A stretch of 63,525 nucleotides of DNA, the filler included, from Bilabrum cf. latius (Eukaryota): NCBI GenBank assembly GCA_965178125.1. It is 3 parts of 3 records of this genome, joined end to end, with 100 filler letters (N's around TTAATTAATTAA, not from the genome) between each part and the next. Parts side by side here need not be neighbours in the genome. Positions count along the whole stretch, not along the records: positions 1 to 25,302 come from CBCXTV010000039.1; 2 more parts are not named here. One strand, 5' to 3'. Positions 13,296 to 23,431 of the stretch are shown in pieces (the stretch's first letter is position 1; each line of letters starts with the position of its first letter). Both the position numbers and the translations under genes were made by a program. The notes beneath the pieces are model-generated. The model searched no databases. It saw only the letters and a program-made list of their open reading frames with translations, and was not told where the DNA came from.

Positions 13296-14796
13296 AATTT
13301 TGCCCCATGTTGTGCCCCAGGACCGACCCAATGCAGTTTGAATCATCTTCATATCTACTCTGGTTGCCGAGATCTCAATTCCGTATTTTGGTCCACGAAA
13401 CTCTTCATCCGGCCATATCGGCGCCGCGCGACAAAAACGGATCCTAATAAAATTTTGCCCCATGTTGTGCCCCAGGACCGACCCAATGCAGTTTGAATCA
13501 TCTTCATATCTACTCTGGTTGCCGAGATCTCAATTCCGTATTTTGGTCCACGAAACTCTTCATCCGGCCATATCGGCGCCGCGCGACAAAAACGGATCCT
13601 AATAAAATTTTGCCCCATGTTGTGCCCCAGGACCGACCCAATGCAGTTTGAATCATCTTCATATCTACTCTGGTTGCCGAGATCTCAATTCCGTATTTTG
13701 GTCCACGAAACTCTTCATCCGGCCATATCGGCGCCGCGCGACAAAAACGGATCCTAATAAAATTTTGCCCCATGTTGTGCCCCAGGACCGACCCAATGCA
13801 GTTTGAATCATCTTCATATCTACTCTGGTTGCCGAGATCTCAATTCCGTATTTTGGTCCACGAAACTCTTCATCCGGCCATATCGGCGCCGCGCGACAAA
13901 AACGGATCCTAATAAAATTTTGCCCCATGTTGTGCCCCAGGACCGACCCAATGCAGTTTGAATCATCTTCATATCTACTCTGGTTGCCGAGATCTCAATT
14001 CCGTATTTTGGTCCACGAAACTCTTCATCCGGCCATATCGGCGCCGCGCGACAAAAACGGATCCTAATAAAATTTTGCCCCATGTTGTGCCCCAGGACCG
14101 ACCCAATGCAGTTTGAATCATCTTCATATCTACTCTGGTTGCCGAGATCTCAATTCCGTATTTTGGTCCACGAAACTCTTCATCCGGCCATATCGGCGCC
14201 GCGCGACAAAAACGGATCCTAATAAAATTTTGCCCCATGTTGTGCCCCAGGACCGACCCAATGCAGTTTGAATCATCTTCATATCTACTCTGGTTGCCGA
14301 GATCTCAATTCCGTATTTTGGTCCACGAAACTCTTCATCCGGCCATATCGGCGCCGCGCGACAAAAACGGATCCTAATAAAATTTTGCCCCATGTTGTGC
14401 CCCAGGACCGACCCAATGCAGTTTGAATCATCTTCATATCTACTCTGGTTGCCGAGATCTCAATTCCGTATTTTGGTCCACGAAACTCTTCATCCGGCCA
14501 TATCGGCGCCGCGCGACAAAAACGGATCCTAATAAAATTTTGCCCCATGTTGTGCCCCAGGACCGACCCAATGCAGTTTGAATCATCTTCATATCTACTC
14601 TGGTTGCCGAGATCTCAATTCCGTATTTTGGTCCACGAAACTCTTCATCCGGCCATATCGGCGCCGCGCGACAAAAACGGATCCTAATAAAATTTTGCCC
14701 CATGTTGTGCCCCAGGACCGACCCAATGCAGTTTGAATCATCTTCATATCTACTCTGGTTGCCGAGATCTCAATTCCGTATTTTGGTCCACGAAAC
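13293..14796 (+). mobile_element. Telomere-attached element, copy E (about 10 x 155-bp units, cut off by the bacterial junction)
   Basis: Same start as copy C; the repeat match ends at CACGAAAC (14796). Confidence 0.75.
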
Positions 14797-16293
14797 ATCA
14801 TTGGAGTAGACATGCAAGACTACCTCAATGATCGTAAAGAGCTTAATAGTGTTGTGCGAGTATTGGAACAAACTTCAGGCTTCTTAAATGCACAAAACCG
14901 AAAGGAATCTGAAGCTTTAACCGATATCTGGATAACCCCTAAAATTCCCTGGGCAGGCATTACCACTTTCGGTCGATTTCGGGAGATTGTCGATGCCGGA
15001 GAAGCTGAAGCCCGCAAGCATTTCGATGATTTAAAAAGACTAGCGCAAAAAGATAAGCAAGCGGAAAAACCTATCGCTAAGGCTACTCCTAAACAGGAAA
15101 TTCTGGTGCAAAGCATCCAGGTAAATGGGCTGCGCAGTTTAACCAGCAATTTCGTAAAAGGGAAACTTCGCGTAAGAGAAGGAAGACCTTGCTCGGTAAA
15201 AAAACTAGAACGCGGTTTAGATCAACTTTATGGCACTAAGTATTTTGATAACATTGATTATACACTTTCTCCGGCCGCCGATTCCGGCTACGTCCTAAAC
15301 ATCAATCTACGCGAGAAGGATTACTATCAGCAGCTAAATGCAGGCATCAACTATAGCGATGATTTTAATGCTGCATTATTAGTAAACTACACTAATAGAA
15401 ACCTCCTCTTTAAAAACTCACGACTAAGTGTGGACCTCGCATTGGGAGATATGCCGCGCGGGGAGATCAGCTATTTCGTAGATCGAGGATATATCCCAAC
15501 CCTTGGTCTCAAGCTTCGGAGCTATCGCTTTCGATACAACAACTTCGAAAATCGCATGGCTACCAATGAAAACATCTATCAGGACTACAGTCTTGATCTA
15601 TTCCTGCAGTCCACCTGGCGGGATGCTTATGCTATTGGTGGCGGTGTGCAGCTTGAAGACATTGGTATTAATCAAAATTTTGACCTGGGTGTCCCTACAG
15701 AATTCCAGAAAGGATTTATCAACTATTATGGCTTTATCGATTTCGACTCCTTCGACGATGCCGAGTTCCCACGAAAGGGGATTCAGTTAAGCGCGCGCTA
15801 TCGTATTATCTCCGAAAGGGAAGGCTTGGAAACATTTCTGGAACCCAGCTCGGTGCTAGACATCTTATATAAGCAGGCTATTAGTTTTGGTCCAAAATGG
15901 GGCATGACTTTCCAGATGTTTGGTGCCTCCACCATTGGTCCGGGGCTAGATGATCCCTACCGCATCTACCTGGGAAGCATGGGGCAATCCTATATCAATT
16001 ATATCCAACCTTTTATTGGCTATCAACTCATGGAACTAAGCGGGAATAATGCCTTAACCCTTAGAGCCGATTTCCGTTATGAAGCCTTTAAGAATCACTA
16101 CTTCAAGTTTAAAATGAACTATGGGAGGCTAGAGGCTCGCTTTGAAGATCTGATCAATTCGGACATCCTCTTGGATGGATACAGCATCGGATATAGCTAC
16201 CAGTCTATCATTGGTCCACTAGAGTTAAACTTAATGGCCAGCACTAATCACCCCGACATTTTCGCTTATGTGCGCTTAGGATTTTGGTTCTGA
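14797..16293 (+). CDS. 5'-truncated patatin-like phospholipase with POTRA and outer-membrane beta-barrel (PlpD-like architecture), bacterial
   Basis: Begins IIGVDMQD (patatin C-terminal motif), has a POTRA-like IQVNGL...LYGTKYFDNIDY segment, and ends in a barrel with terminal GFWF. The catalytic N-terminus is missing. Confidence 0.8.
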   Translation: MIGVDMQDYLNDRKELNSVVRVLEQTSGFLNAQNRKESEALTDIWITPKIPWAGITTFGRFREIVDAGEAEARKHFDDLKRLAQKDKQAEKPIAKATPKQEILVQSIQVNGLRSLTSNFVKGKLRVREGRPCSVKKLERGLDQLYGTKYFDNIDYTLSPAADSGYVLNINLREKDYYQQLNAGINYSDDFNAALLVNYTNRNLLFKNSRLSVDLALGDMPRGEISYFVDRGYIPTLGLKLRSYRFRYNNFENRMATNENIYQDYSLDLFLQSTWRDAYAIGGGVQLEDIGINQNFDLGVPTEFQKGFINYYGFIDFDSFDDAEFPRKGIQLSARYRIISEREGLETFLEPSSVLDILYKQAISFGPKWGMTFQMFGASTIGPGLDDPYRIYLGSMGQSYINYIQPFIGYQLMELSGNNALTLRADFRYEAFKNHYFKFKMNYGRLEARFEDLINSDILLDGYSIGYSYQSIIGPLELNLMASTNHPDIFAYVRLGFWF

Positions 16294-16299
16294 TTTTTT

Positions 16300-16356
16300 A
16301 ATTGACCAACTGTTCAGTTAAAGGTTTTTTATTTACCTTTGACCAGTCGTTCAATT
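16300..16356 (+). promoter_or_regulatory. Two imperfect palindromes (probable TetR operators) overlapping a Bacteroidota -7 promoter element
   Basis: TTGACCAACTGTTCAG (16302) and TTGACCAGTCGTTCAA (16339); TACCTTTG at 16334-16341 fits TAnnTTTG; directly upstream of the tetR gene. Confidence 0.6.
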
Positions 16357-16360
16357 AAAA

Positions 16361-16936
16361 ATGAGTCCACGATCTAACGAACAGAATGAAGCCCAACGCG
16401 CTCAAACTCGCGCCCTGATTCTTCAAACTGCATTAAAGGCTTTTGCTGAAAAGGGTTATTCCGCGGCAAGCATCAGCTATATCGCAAAGGAAGCGGGTAT
16501 ATCCAAAGGCCTTACCTATCACTATTTTGAGAATAAGGAGGCCTTACTATTTGGCATTTTCGAAATGCTGGCCGGCATGGCAGATGGAATTGAAGCACAA
16601 TGGGAGGGAAAGAATGCCAAAGAAAAGCTGCTCACCACAATTGAAATGACCTTTCAGTTTTTTGATCAGCAACCCGATACGGTGCGCTTTATGACTGCCT
16701 TGGCTTTACAGCCGGAAGTTACCGCCAGTATCAAGGAAATACTCATGAAACAGAAAGCGATGAATATTGAGGTTTATGAAGCCTTATTCGCCGAGCTCGG
16801 CTTTTCGCAACCCAAATTAGAAGCCTTTGCCTTCGGGGCTCTACTGGATGGAGTTGCGCTGGGAAGCCTGGCCCTTGAGCAGGAGTATCCTCTGGAAGAA
16901 ATGAAAACAATGATCTTAACTAAATATGACCTATGA
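16361..16936 (+). CDS. TetR/AcrR family transcriptional regulator
   Basis: N-terminal HTH: ILQTALKAFAEKGY...IAKEAGISKGLTYHYFENKEALL. Confidence 0.93.
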   Translation: MSPRSNEQNEAQRAQTRALILQTALKAFAEKGYSAASISYIAKEAGISKGLTYHYFENKEALLFGIFEMLAGMADGIEAQWEGKNAKEKLLTTIEMTFQFFDQQPDTVRFMTALALQPEVTASIKEILMKQKAMNIEVYEALFAELGFSQPKLEAFAFGALLDGVALGSLALEQEYPLEEMKTMILTKYDL

Positions 16937-17673
16937 AAACAACTGTGCTAAGTTTATTGCTTCTATTCACTAGCTCTGTGCTTGCTCAAGACCCTTTGGA
17001 GATCGTTCAAAAAACGGAAGACAAACTCCGGGGAGAGCAATCTTTTGCGGAAATGAGCATGACCATAGTCAGACCCAGTTGGAGTCGCACTATTAAGATG
17101 AAAAGTTGGAGCAGAGGAACCGACTTTTCTTTGATCCTTATTACTGCTCCTGCCAGAGATAAGGGAACGGTTTTCCTAAAAAAGCGCAAGGAGATCTATA
17201 ATTGGATTCCCAGCATCGAGCGCCAAATCAAATTACCGCCAAGCATGATGAACCAAAGCTGGATGGGATCTGATTTTACCAACGACGATCTGGTTACTGA
17301 ATCCTCTTTGGTAAACGACTACAACCACAAGCTTCTTGGGGAACTTGAAATTGCCGGAAGAAAAGCCTGGCAAATAGAATTGGTACCAAAAGAGAATGCC
17401 GCCGTGGTATGGGGTCGCGTAGTGCTGCACATTGATCAGGCGGAATACCTACACCTTCGTACGGAGTTCTTCGACGAAGAAGGAGATTTAGTGAGCATTA
17501 TGGAGGCCAAGAAGATTGGTACTCTTGGAGGAAAGACCCTCCCCACGAAGGTGGAAATGCAACCGGTGGGCGAAGAAGGCAAGAAGACTATTCTTGAATA
17601 CCAGGCTCTTGACTTCAATGTGAATATTCCTCGGGAACATTTCACGACACAATACATGAAACGAGTACGTTAA
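16933..17673 (+). CDS. Outer membrane lipoprotein-sorting (LolA-like) protein
   Basis: Signal peptide, PARDKGTVFLK and SWMGSDFTNDDL motifs, and operon context with ABC permeases. Confidence 0.85.
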   Translation: MKTTVLSLLLLFTSSVLAQDPLEIVQKTEDKLRGEQSFAEMSMTIVRPSWSRTIKMKSWSRGTDFSLILITAPARDKGTVFLKKRKEIYNWIPSIERQIKLPPSMMNQSWMGSDFTNDDLVTESSLVNDYNHKLLGELEIAGRKAWQIELVPKENAAVVWGRVVLHIDQAEYLHLRTEFFDEEGDLVSIMEAKKIGTLGGKTLPTKVEMQPVGEEGKKTILEYQALDFNVNIPREHFTTQYMKRVR

Positions 17674-17674
17674 G

Positions 17675-18894
17675 ATGATACTCAAAATTGCCTGGAGAAA
17701 CATATGGCGCAACAAACGAAGGAGCCTTATTACCCTGGCTTCGGTGGCCTTTGCCCTATTCTTCGCTATTGTCATGCGAAGTATGCAAATAGGCACCTAT
17801 GACTTGGCCTACTCCTCTGTTATTAACGCAACCACTGGTTACATGCAGTGGCAAGGAGAGGGTTATTGGGAAAAACAGAGCTTAGAGCGAAGCCTGGCCC
17901 CGCAGAAGGAGGTACGATCAGCCTTGCTGGAGCATCCGGATGTTGAAGCTCTTCTTCCGCGTTTAGAAAGCTTCGCCTTAATTGCCTCTGACTATAGTGA
18001 TACAAAACCTGGCTTCTTAAAAGGGGTAAACAGCGCATTGGAAAGCGAGCATTTTAACCTCGATGAAAAGCTTCTGGAGGGCAGGCTTCCTGGGAATGGT
18101 GAACGTGGCGTGATGCTGGCCTCGAAACTTGCAGAAAACCTTAAAGTTGGGGTTGGAGATACCCTGGTGATAATTGGACAGGGATTTCAAGGGATGAGCG
18201 CCAATGGAAAGTACCCTATTATTGGTATCGCCGACTTAAAAAACCCAGTAGCAAACAAAAGCACTGTTTATCTGGATTTACAAGAGCTTCAATTCTTAAC
18301 CGGGGCTTTTGAGCGGGTAACATCAGAAGTCATTATTCCGCAAATCCTGATAAATTGATTCAATTAAAGGAGAGTTTAGAACCTTTAACCGACACTGCCA
18401 CCAGCGATCTTATGACCTGGCAGGAAATGATGCCCGAATTAATCGAGGCCATGGAGGCAGATAGCGCTGGTGGTATGGCCATTCTGATAATTCTCTATTT
18501 GGTGATTGGTTTCGGTGTTTTCGGTACCATTTTGATGCTAACCGCCGAAAGGAAGCCGGAGTATGGCATCTTGCTCTCTATTGGTATGAGCCGCGGTCGA
18601 ATGGCCTTCACCTCTTTTTTGGAGATGGGCTTCCTTGGTTTTCTTGGCATTATTGCCGGTAGTTTGATGGCTCTACCACTTACCCTCTATTATCACTACA
18701 ACCCCATTGAATTAGCCGGGGACATGGACGCCATGATGGAAGATTATGGCATGGAACCGCTTCTACCCTTCAGTGTAGACCCCAATATTTGGTTTAGCCA
18801 TGGAATGACCATGCTAGTAATCACCCTCCTGCTAAGTCTTTATGCCGTGATCACCATTTACCGATTAAACCCTGTAAAAGCTATGCGCCGATGA
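17675..18894 (+). CDS. FtsX/LolE-like ABC transporter permease 1 (frameshift near 18340)
   Basis: AWRNIWRNKRRSLIT N-terminus and ERKPEYGILLSIGM...LNPVKAMRR C-terminus lie in two overlapping ORFs; one added base restores the frame. Confidence 0.88.
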
Positions 18895-20110
18895 AAACCT
18901 TAGTGAAAATAGCTTGGCGCAATATCTGGCGCCATCGCCTTCGGAGTCTGGTGGTCATTATATCGATCATCCTGGGAATTTGGGCAGGCATCTTTGTAAG
19001 TGCTTTAAGCTTTGGGCTTAATGATCAGCGCAAGGAAAGTATGATCCTTAATCAGATTTCCCACATTCAACTACACCATCCGGAATGGAGTGAGGAACAA
19101 GGCATCGAATTCCTGCTGAAAGAGGAAAGTGCCTTGCAGAATTGGGTCGAAGATCGTCCTAATCTGAAACATACCTTCCGCCTTAAAGCGATGGGATGGC
19201 TGCGACAGCTCATTATGCCGGTGGAGTGCAAATCATTGGAATCAACGCTGATCAAGAAGCTGAATTGACAGGATTAGGAAGTAGAGTTGATAGTGGAAGC
19301 TACCTCAATGACGAAGGGCGAAATCCCATTCTAATTGGTGCTGCCTTGGCAGAAAAGCTTGAAGTGAAACCAGGCTCTAAGGTCATTCTCAGCTTTAGTG
19401 ATCAAAATCAGGATTTGATTTCTGCATCTTTCAAAGTCCGGGGCATTTATCATGATGTGTCATCCCAATTGGAAAAACTACAGGTTTATATCCGCGCTAA
19501 TGACCTACAGAATCTTTTAGGCCTGGAGGCTTCACAATACCATGAGATGGCCTTGCTGCTAGAAGATGATCAGGAAACTGAAAGCCTGCGAGAGGAATTG
19601 CAGGCAAACTTCCCGGATTTAAAAGTAGAATCCTGGAAACAGCTTGCACCTGAATTGGCTTATGCCGATGAGATTATGACCCAGGCGCTGTATTTCATAA
19701 TTGGCATTATCATGCTCGCACTCTCCTTCGGAATTATCAACACTATGTTGATGGCCGTGCTTGAGCGCCGCAAGGAGCTCGGTGTTTTAATGAGTGTAGG
19801 TATGAGCAAGAGAAGGGTTTTCTCTATGGTAATTCTCGAGACCTTCTTTCTGGCCCTGCTTAGTGGGCCATTGGGCATCCTTGCGGGCTATTTCAGTGTT
19901 AGTGGTACTGCTCAAACCGGGCTAAATCTCTCTATGTACAGTGATGGTTTAGCCAGCTACGGTATAGGCACGATCATCTATCCGGTCCTACCGGATAGCT
20001 TCTACTTCGGTACTGGAATCATTGTATTTGTGATGACTATTCTGGCCGCAATCTATCCGGCGCGACATGCGCTTAAATTGAATCCTATCGAAACCATGCG
20101 AACGCTTTAA
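18891..20110 (+). CDS. FtsX/LolE-like ABC transporter permease 2 (frameshift near 19195)
   Basis: AWRNIWRHRLRS and INTMLMAVLERRKELGVLMSVGM motifs; one G missing in ATGGGATGG. Confidence 0.88.
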
Positions 20111-20119
20111 AATAATATC

Positions 20120-20803
20120 ATGTCTGTAATCGAAACCCAAAACCTAAGTCGTATCTATCAGGATGGCGACAGCATAATAAGAGCGGTAGACCAGGTCAGT
20201 CTGTCTGTAGAGGCAGGAGAGTTTATCGCGATAATCGGTCCTTCAGGCTCCGGTAAAACCACCTTATTAAACCTTATTGGTGGTTTAGATAGCCCCAGCG
20301 AAGGAACGGTCAGCGTGGATGGAAAAGCCATTCATCAACTTAAGGATAATGAGCTGATAAACTTTCGTTTGGCCCACATCGGGTTTGTCTTCCAGGCTTA
20401 CAATCTAATTCCGGTATTGACGGCCCAGGAAAATGTGGAATTCATTATGCTTCTCCAGGGCAAATCTTCTGAGGAACGTGAAAGCAGAGCACGTGAATTA
20501 CTTAATGCTGTCGGGCTATCTGATCAAATGCATAAGAGGCCTACCGAGCTTAGCGGTGGTCAACAACAGCGGGTAGCTGTAGCCCGAGCTTTGGCCTCAA
20601 AACCAAGTTTCGTTCTGGCCGATGAACCCACTGCAAACCTGGACTCTAAGAGCACCGAAGACCTCTTGGATATCATGCATCGATTAAACAAAGAAGAAGG
20701 CATTACCTTCTTGTTTTCTACTCATGATCAAAGGGTGATCGATCGCGCGGAGAGATTGATATATGTAGAAGACGGTAAAATAAAAAGCGATAAAAAACAG
20801 TGA
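20120..20803 (+). CDS. ABC transporter ATP-binding protein (LolD/MacB-like)
   Basis: Walker A GPSGSGKT, signature LSGGQQQRV, Walker B VLADEPTANLD. Confidence 0.95.
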   Translation: MSVIETQNLSRIYQDGDSIIRAVDQVSLSVEAGEFIAIIGPSGSGKTTLLNLIGGLDSPSEGTVSVDGKAIHQLKDNELINFRLAHIGFVFQAYNLIPVLTAQENVEFIMLLQGKSSEERESRARELLNAVGLSDQMHKRPTELSGGQQQRVAVARALASKPSFVLADEPTANLDSKSTEDLLDIMHRLNKEEGITFLFSTHDQRVIDRAERLIYVEDGKIKSDKKQ

Positions 20804-21978
20804 AACGCTGCATCGCAATTTTATTAATCAGCACTCTAGGCCTCCAGGCTCAGGATGAATCGCCTTGGCAATTAACCGGTTATTTAAAACACCTGGCCTC
20901 TAATTCGCGCGTAAATCAAGACTACTTCCCTGAAGATGCTCGGGAGAGCATGGACTTCAACAGTTTTGACCAGCAATTGCACAATCGCTTTGACCTGAAG
21001 TACTTCAAGGGCTCATGGACGGGAGCAATAGGTATGAGAAACAGACTCTTTCAGGGGGCTAGCCCTGGTCTTGGAGCCGCCTTTACAAATGCTCTGGATG
21101 ATGATCCCGGACTAGTGGATTTGAGCCTGGTTTACTGGCAAAATGACGAGGTAATACTGCATACGATTTTGGACCGCCTCTGGCTCCAATATGAAAGAGA
21201 AAGGTGGAACATCAGACTGGGTCGGCAAAGAATAAACTGGGGGATGACCAGCATATTTAATCCCAATGACCTGCTCAATCAATACAATTTTCTTGACTTT
21301 GATTATGAAGAACGTCCCGGTGCTGATGCCCTAAGAGTTCAATTTTTTCCCGACCACTTTAGTCAATTAGAGATGGCGCTATCTATGACTAATGATCAGT
21401 TGCAAACTGCCGCCATACTTTACCGAAACAATGCTTATCGATATGATTTTCAAATAGTAACCGCATATTATGATGAGCAATTCACAACAGGGGGAGCTTG
21501 GGCAGGATCTATCGGCGGTTTAGGCTTTAAAGGAGAAGCGAACTATTACTTTGAAAATGAGAATCAACCTGCGGTATTGGTAGCTGCCACTGATCTTGAT
21601 TATGTTTTTAGAAACGGCATTTACCTGAGCCTGGGATATCTGTTTAATCAAACTGCTCCAGAAGATTTAGGAGTTACCGCCTTTAGCGACTTAAGTGCAG
21701 GCCAAGTTTTAAGTCCTAGAAACCCCTATATATATCGCAATACGGGGGTGCTCAGTTTAAACTATCCCTTTAATCCGTTGATTTCCGGAACGCTAACTGG
21801 CATGTATAGTACCAGCGCGAATAGTACCATCATTTTCCCTAGCATTAGCTATTCATTAAGTACCAATTGGGATCTTTTACTTGCAGGGCAATTCTTTTTA
21901 AGTGATAATGAGCTTGATGAGAACAAATTCGGCCTTTTCGCAAATGCGATATTTACACGATTAAAATGGTCCTTCTAA
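20800..21978 (+). CDS. Predicted outer-membrane beta-barrel protein
   Basis: Signal peptide, RLGRQRINWG and DFDYEERPGADA motifs, C-terminal LKWSF. Confidence 0.75.
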   Translation: MKRCIAILLISTLGLQAQDESPWQLTGYLKHLASNSRVNQDYFPEDARESMDFNSFDQQLHNRFDLKYFKGSWTGAIGMRNRLFQGASPGLGAAFTNALDDDPGLVDLSLVYWQNDEVILHTILDRLWLQYERERWNIRLGRQRINWGMTSIFNPNDLLNQYNFLDFDYEERPGADALRVQFFPDHFSQLEMALSMTNDQLQTAAILYRNNAYRYDFQIVTAYYDEQFTTGGAWAGSIGGLGFKGEANYYFENENQPAVLVAATDLDYVFRNGIYLSLGYLFNQTAPEDLGVTAFSDLSAGQVLSPRNPYIYRNTGVLSLNYPFNPLISGTLTGMYSTSANSTIIFPSISYSLSTNWDLLLAGQFFLSDNELDENKFGLFANAIFTRLKWSF

Positions 21979-21989
21979 AACCTTACACC

Positions 21990-22610
21990 ATGCAACGTTA
22001 TTCCTTCCTTCTACTATTTCTTGTTCTAATTGCTTGTCAAAACCAAAGCCCTTATAAGATTAGCAGTGTTGAGCAAACCTGGATTAAAGAGGAAGGTTGC
22101 GAGATCGAACATCGCTATCCACAAATTCGGGGTGTGCAGGACAGCATGAAGTCTCAGGCTTTAAATGAGTATTTAAAAGGAGCGATGCTATTGCAGCGTG
22201 AGGTAGCCGCCTGTCTGGAATCGGATGAGAGCAGAATTATTGATGCGGACTTTCAAACTTTCAGCAATACCGATAGCCTAATCAGCCTTGAGTTAATCTT
22301 AAATAAGGACCTGGGTGATCTGAAAATCAAAAGCTATTACCCTATCTGCATGTACATGCCGGAAGGTTACAACCCGACCCTGGAAATGGTGATGGATAGT
22401 GGGATATTTGATAAAATCCTACCAAAACTGGAGGCGTGGCAGGCCGAAAACCCCGACAAAGCTTTTAATAAATTGGCTTATAGACCCGGTGCAAATTACT
22501 TTATTCCCTTTGGTTTATCCAAAGACAGCTTGATCCTATATCCGGGGGCGGAAGGAGAAATGGTTGCCTTTAACCGATTAGCCTTGAGCCGGGATGAAAT
22601 TGGTTACTGA
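21990..22610 (+). CDS. Hypothetical lipoprotein
   Basis: MQRYSFLLLFLVLIAC lipoprotein signal. Confidence 0.75.
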   Translation: MQRYSFLLLFLVLIACQNQSPYKISSVEQTWIKEEGCEIEHRYPQIRGVQDSMKSQALNEYLKGAMLLQREVAACLESDESRIIDADFQTFSNTDSLISLELILNKDLGDLKIKSYYPICMYMPEGYNPTLEMVMDSGIFDKILPKLEAWQAENPDKAFNKLAYRPGANYFIPFGLSKDSLILYPGAEGEMVAFNRLALSRDEIGY

Positions 22611-23431
22611 TCGATACTGGCCAGGAAGATTTTTCGGTTGAGAAAATAGAGCGTTTGCTATTTTAGGCTTATAATGGTTGTATAATTAATGATCATGAAA
22701 AACTGTTTGCAAACATTTGAATGACACAGATCAAGAAGAGAGAAGGTGGAGTAATTGTAGAATTACTCTCTGAATTAGCTAATAGCAATAAGCGGGTTCA
22801 CAGAATCTCATCTATGCTTTTAGACCATTTAATAATGACTTTATTAATCGTTCCTCCACTTATTGCCATTATGATCTTAAAAGGAAATGGTGTATTAGAA
22901 ATAGAGGATGGGACTTTTCAAATATTTCTCTCTGGTTTAATGTTTTTATATCTCAACAAAGATTTTTTCAAAGCTAAAAGTGCTGCAAAAAGAATCATGG
23001 ATATCACATTATAAACAGGAAAACACATGAACGAGGTTCTGAATTCCAATGTTTCATCCGGAACTTGACAATTGCTATTGCTTGGCCTTTAGAAGTGGTA
23101 ATTAGCTTCATGAATCCTGAAAGGAGAATTGGGGATTTTCTTGCGAATACAGCCATTGTTAAATCAGAAAAACAAAAACTCAATTCAATGTGGGCTGATT
23201 TTAAAAGTCAAAGGTTGAAAAAAGGCTATGTCGGAATTGTAATAATCGGTATTGTCTACTTTTATGGACTAAGTTTTTACTTGTAAAAAGGAATTAAAAA
23301 AACGATTAGTCAACATAACCTAAACCCAACTAAAGTCTGGCCTTAACAGCAATTAAGAAATGGTCGCCCCTTACAGATTAGCTTTGAGCCTAGATGAAAC
23401 TGGTTACTGATCGATACTGGCCAGGAAGATT
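22557..23431. repeat. About 75-bp direct repeat pair (22557-22631 and 23357-23431) flanking the RDD gene
   Basis: TGGTTACTGATCGATACTGGCCAGGAAGATT is exact at 22601 and 23401, with diverged similarity upstream of it. Confidence 0.85.
22721..23286 (+). CDS. RDD family membrane protein (frameshift near 23000)
   Basis: RISSMLLD, SAAKRIMG(Y), CFIRN and RRIGDFLANT motifs when one G is restored. Confidence 0.8.

Noticed and set aside
897-14796. CRISPR array
   Set aside because: Units are identical with no unique spacers, and no cas genes are present.
880-14813. Dozens of identical 87-aa minus-strand ORFs (MGQNFIRIRF...)
   Set aside because: They are a by-product of translating a 155-bp tandem repeat, overlap each other in shifting frames, and have no coding signature.
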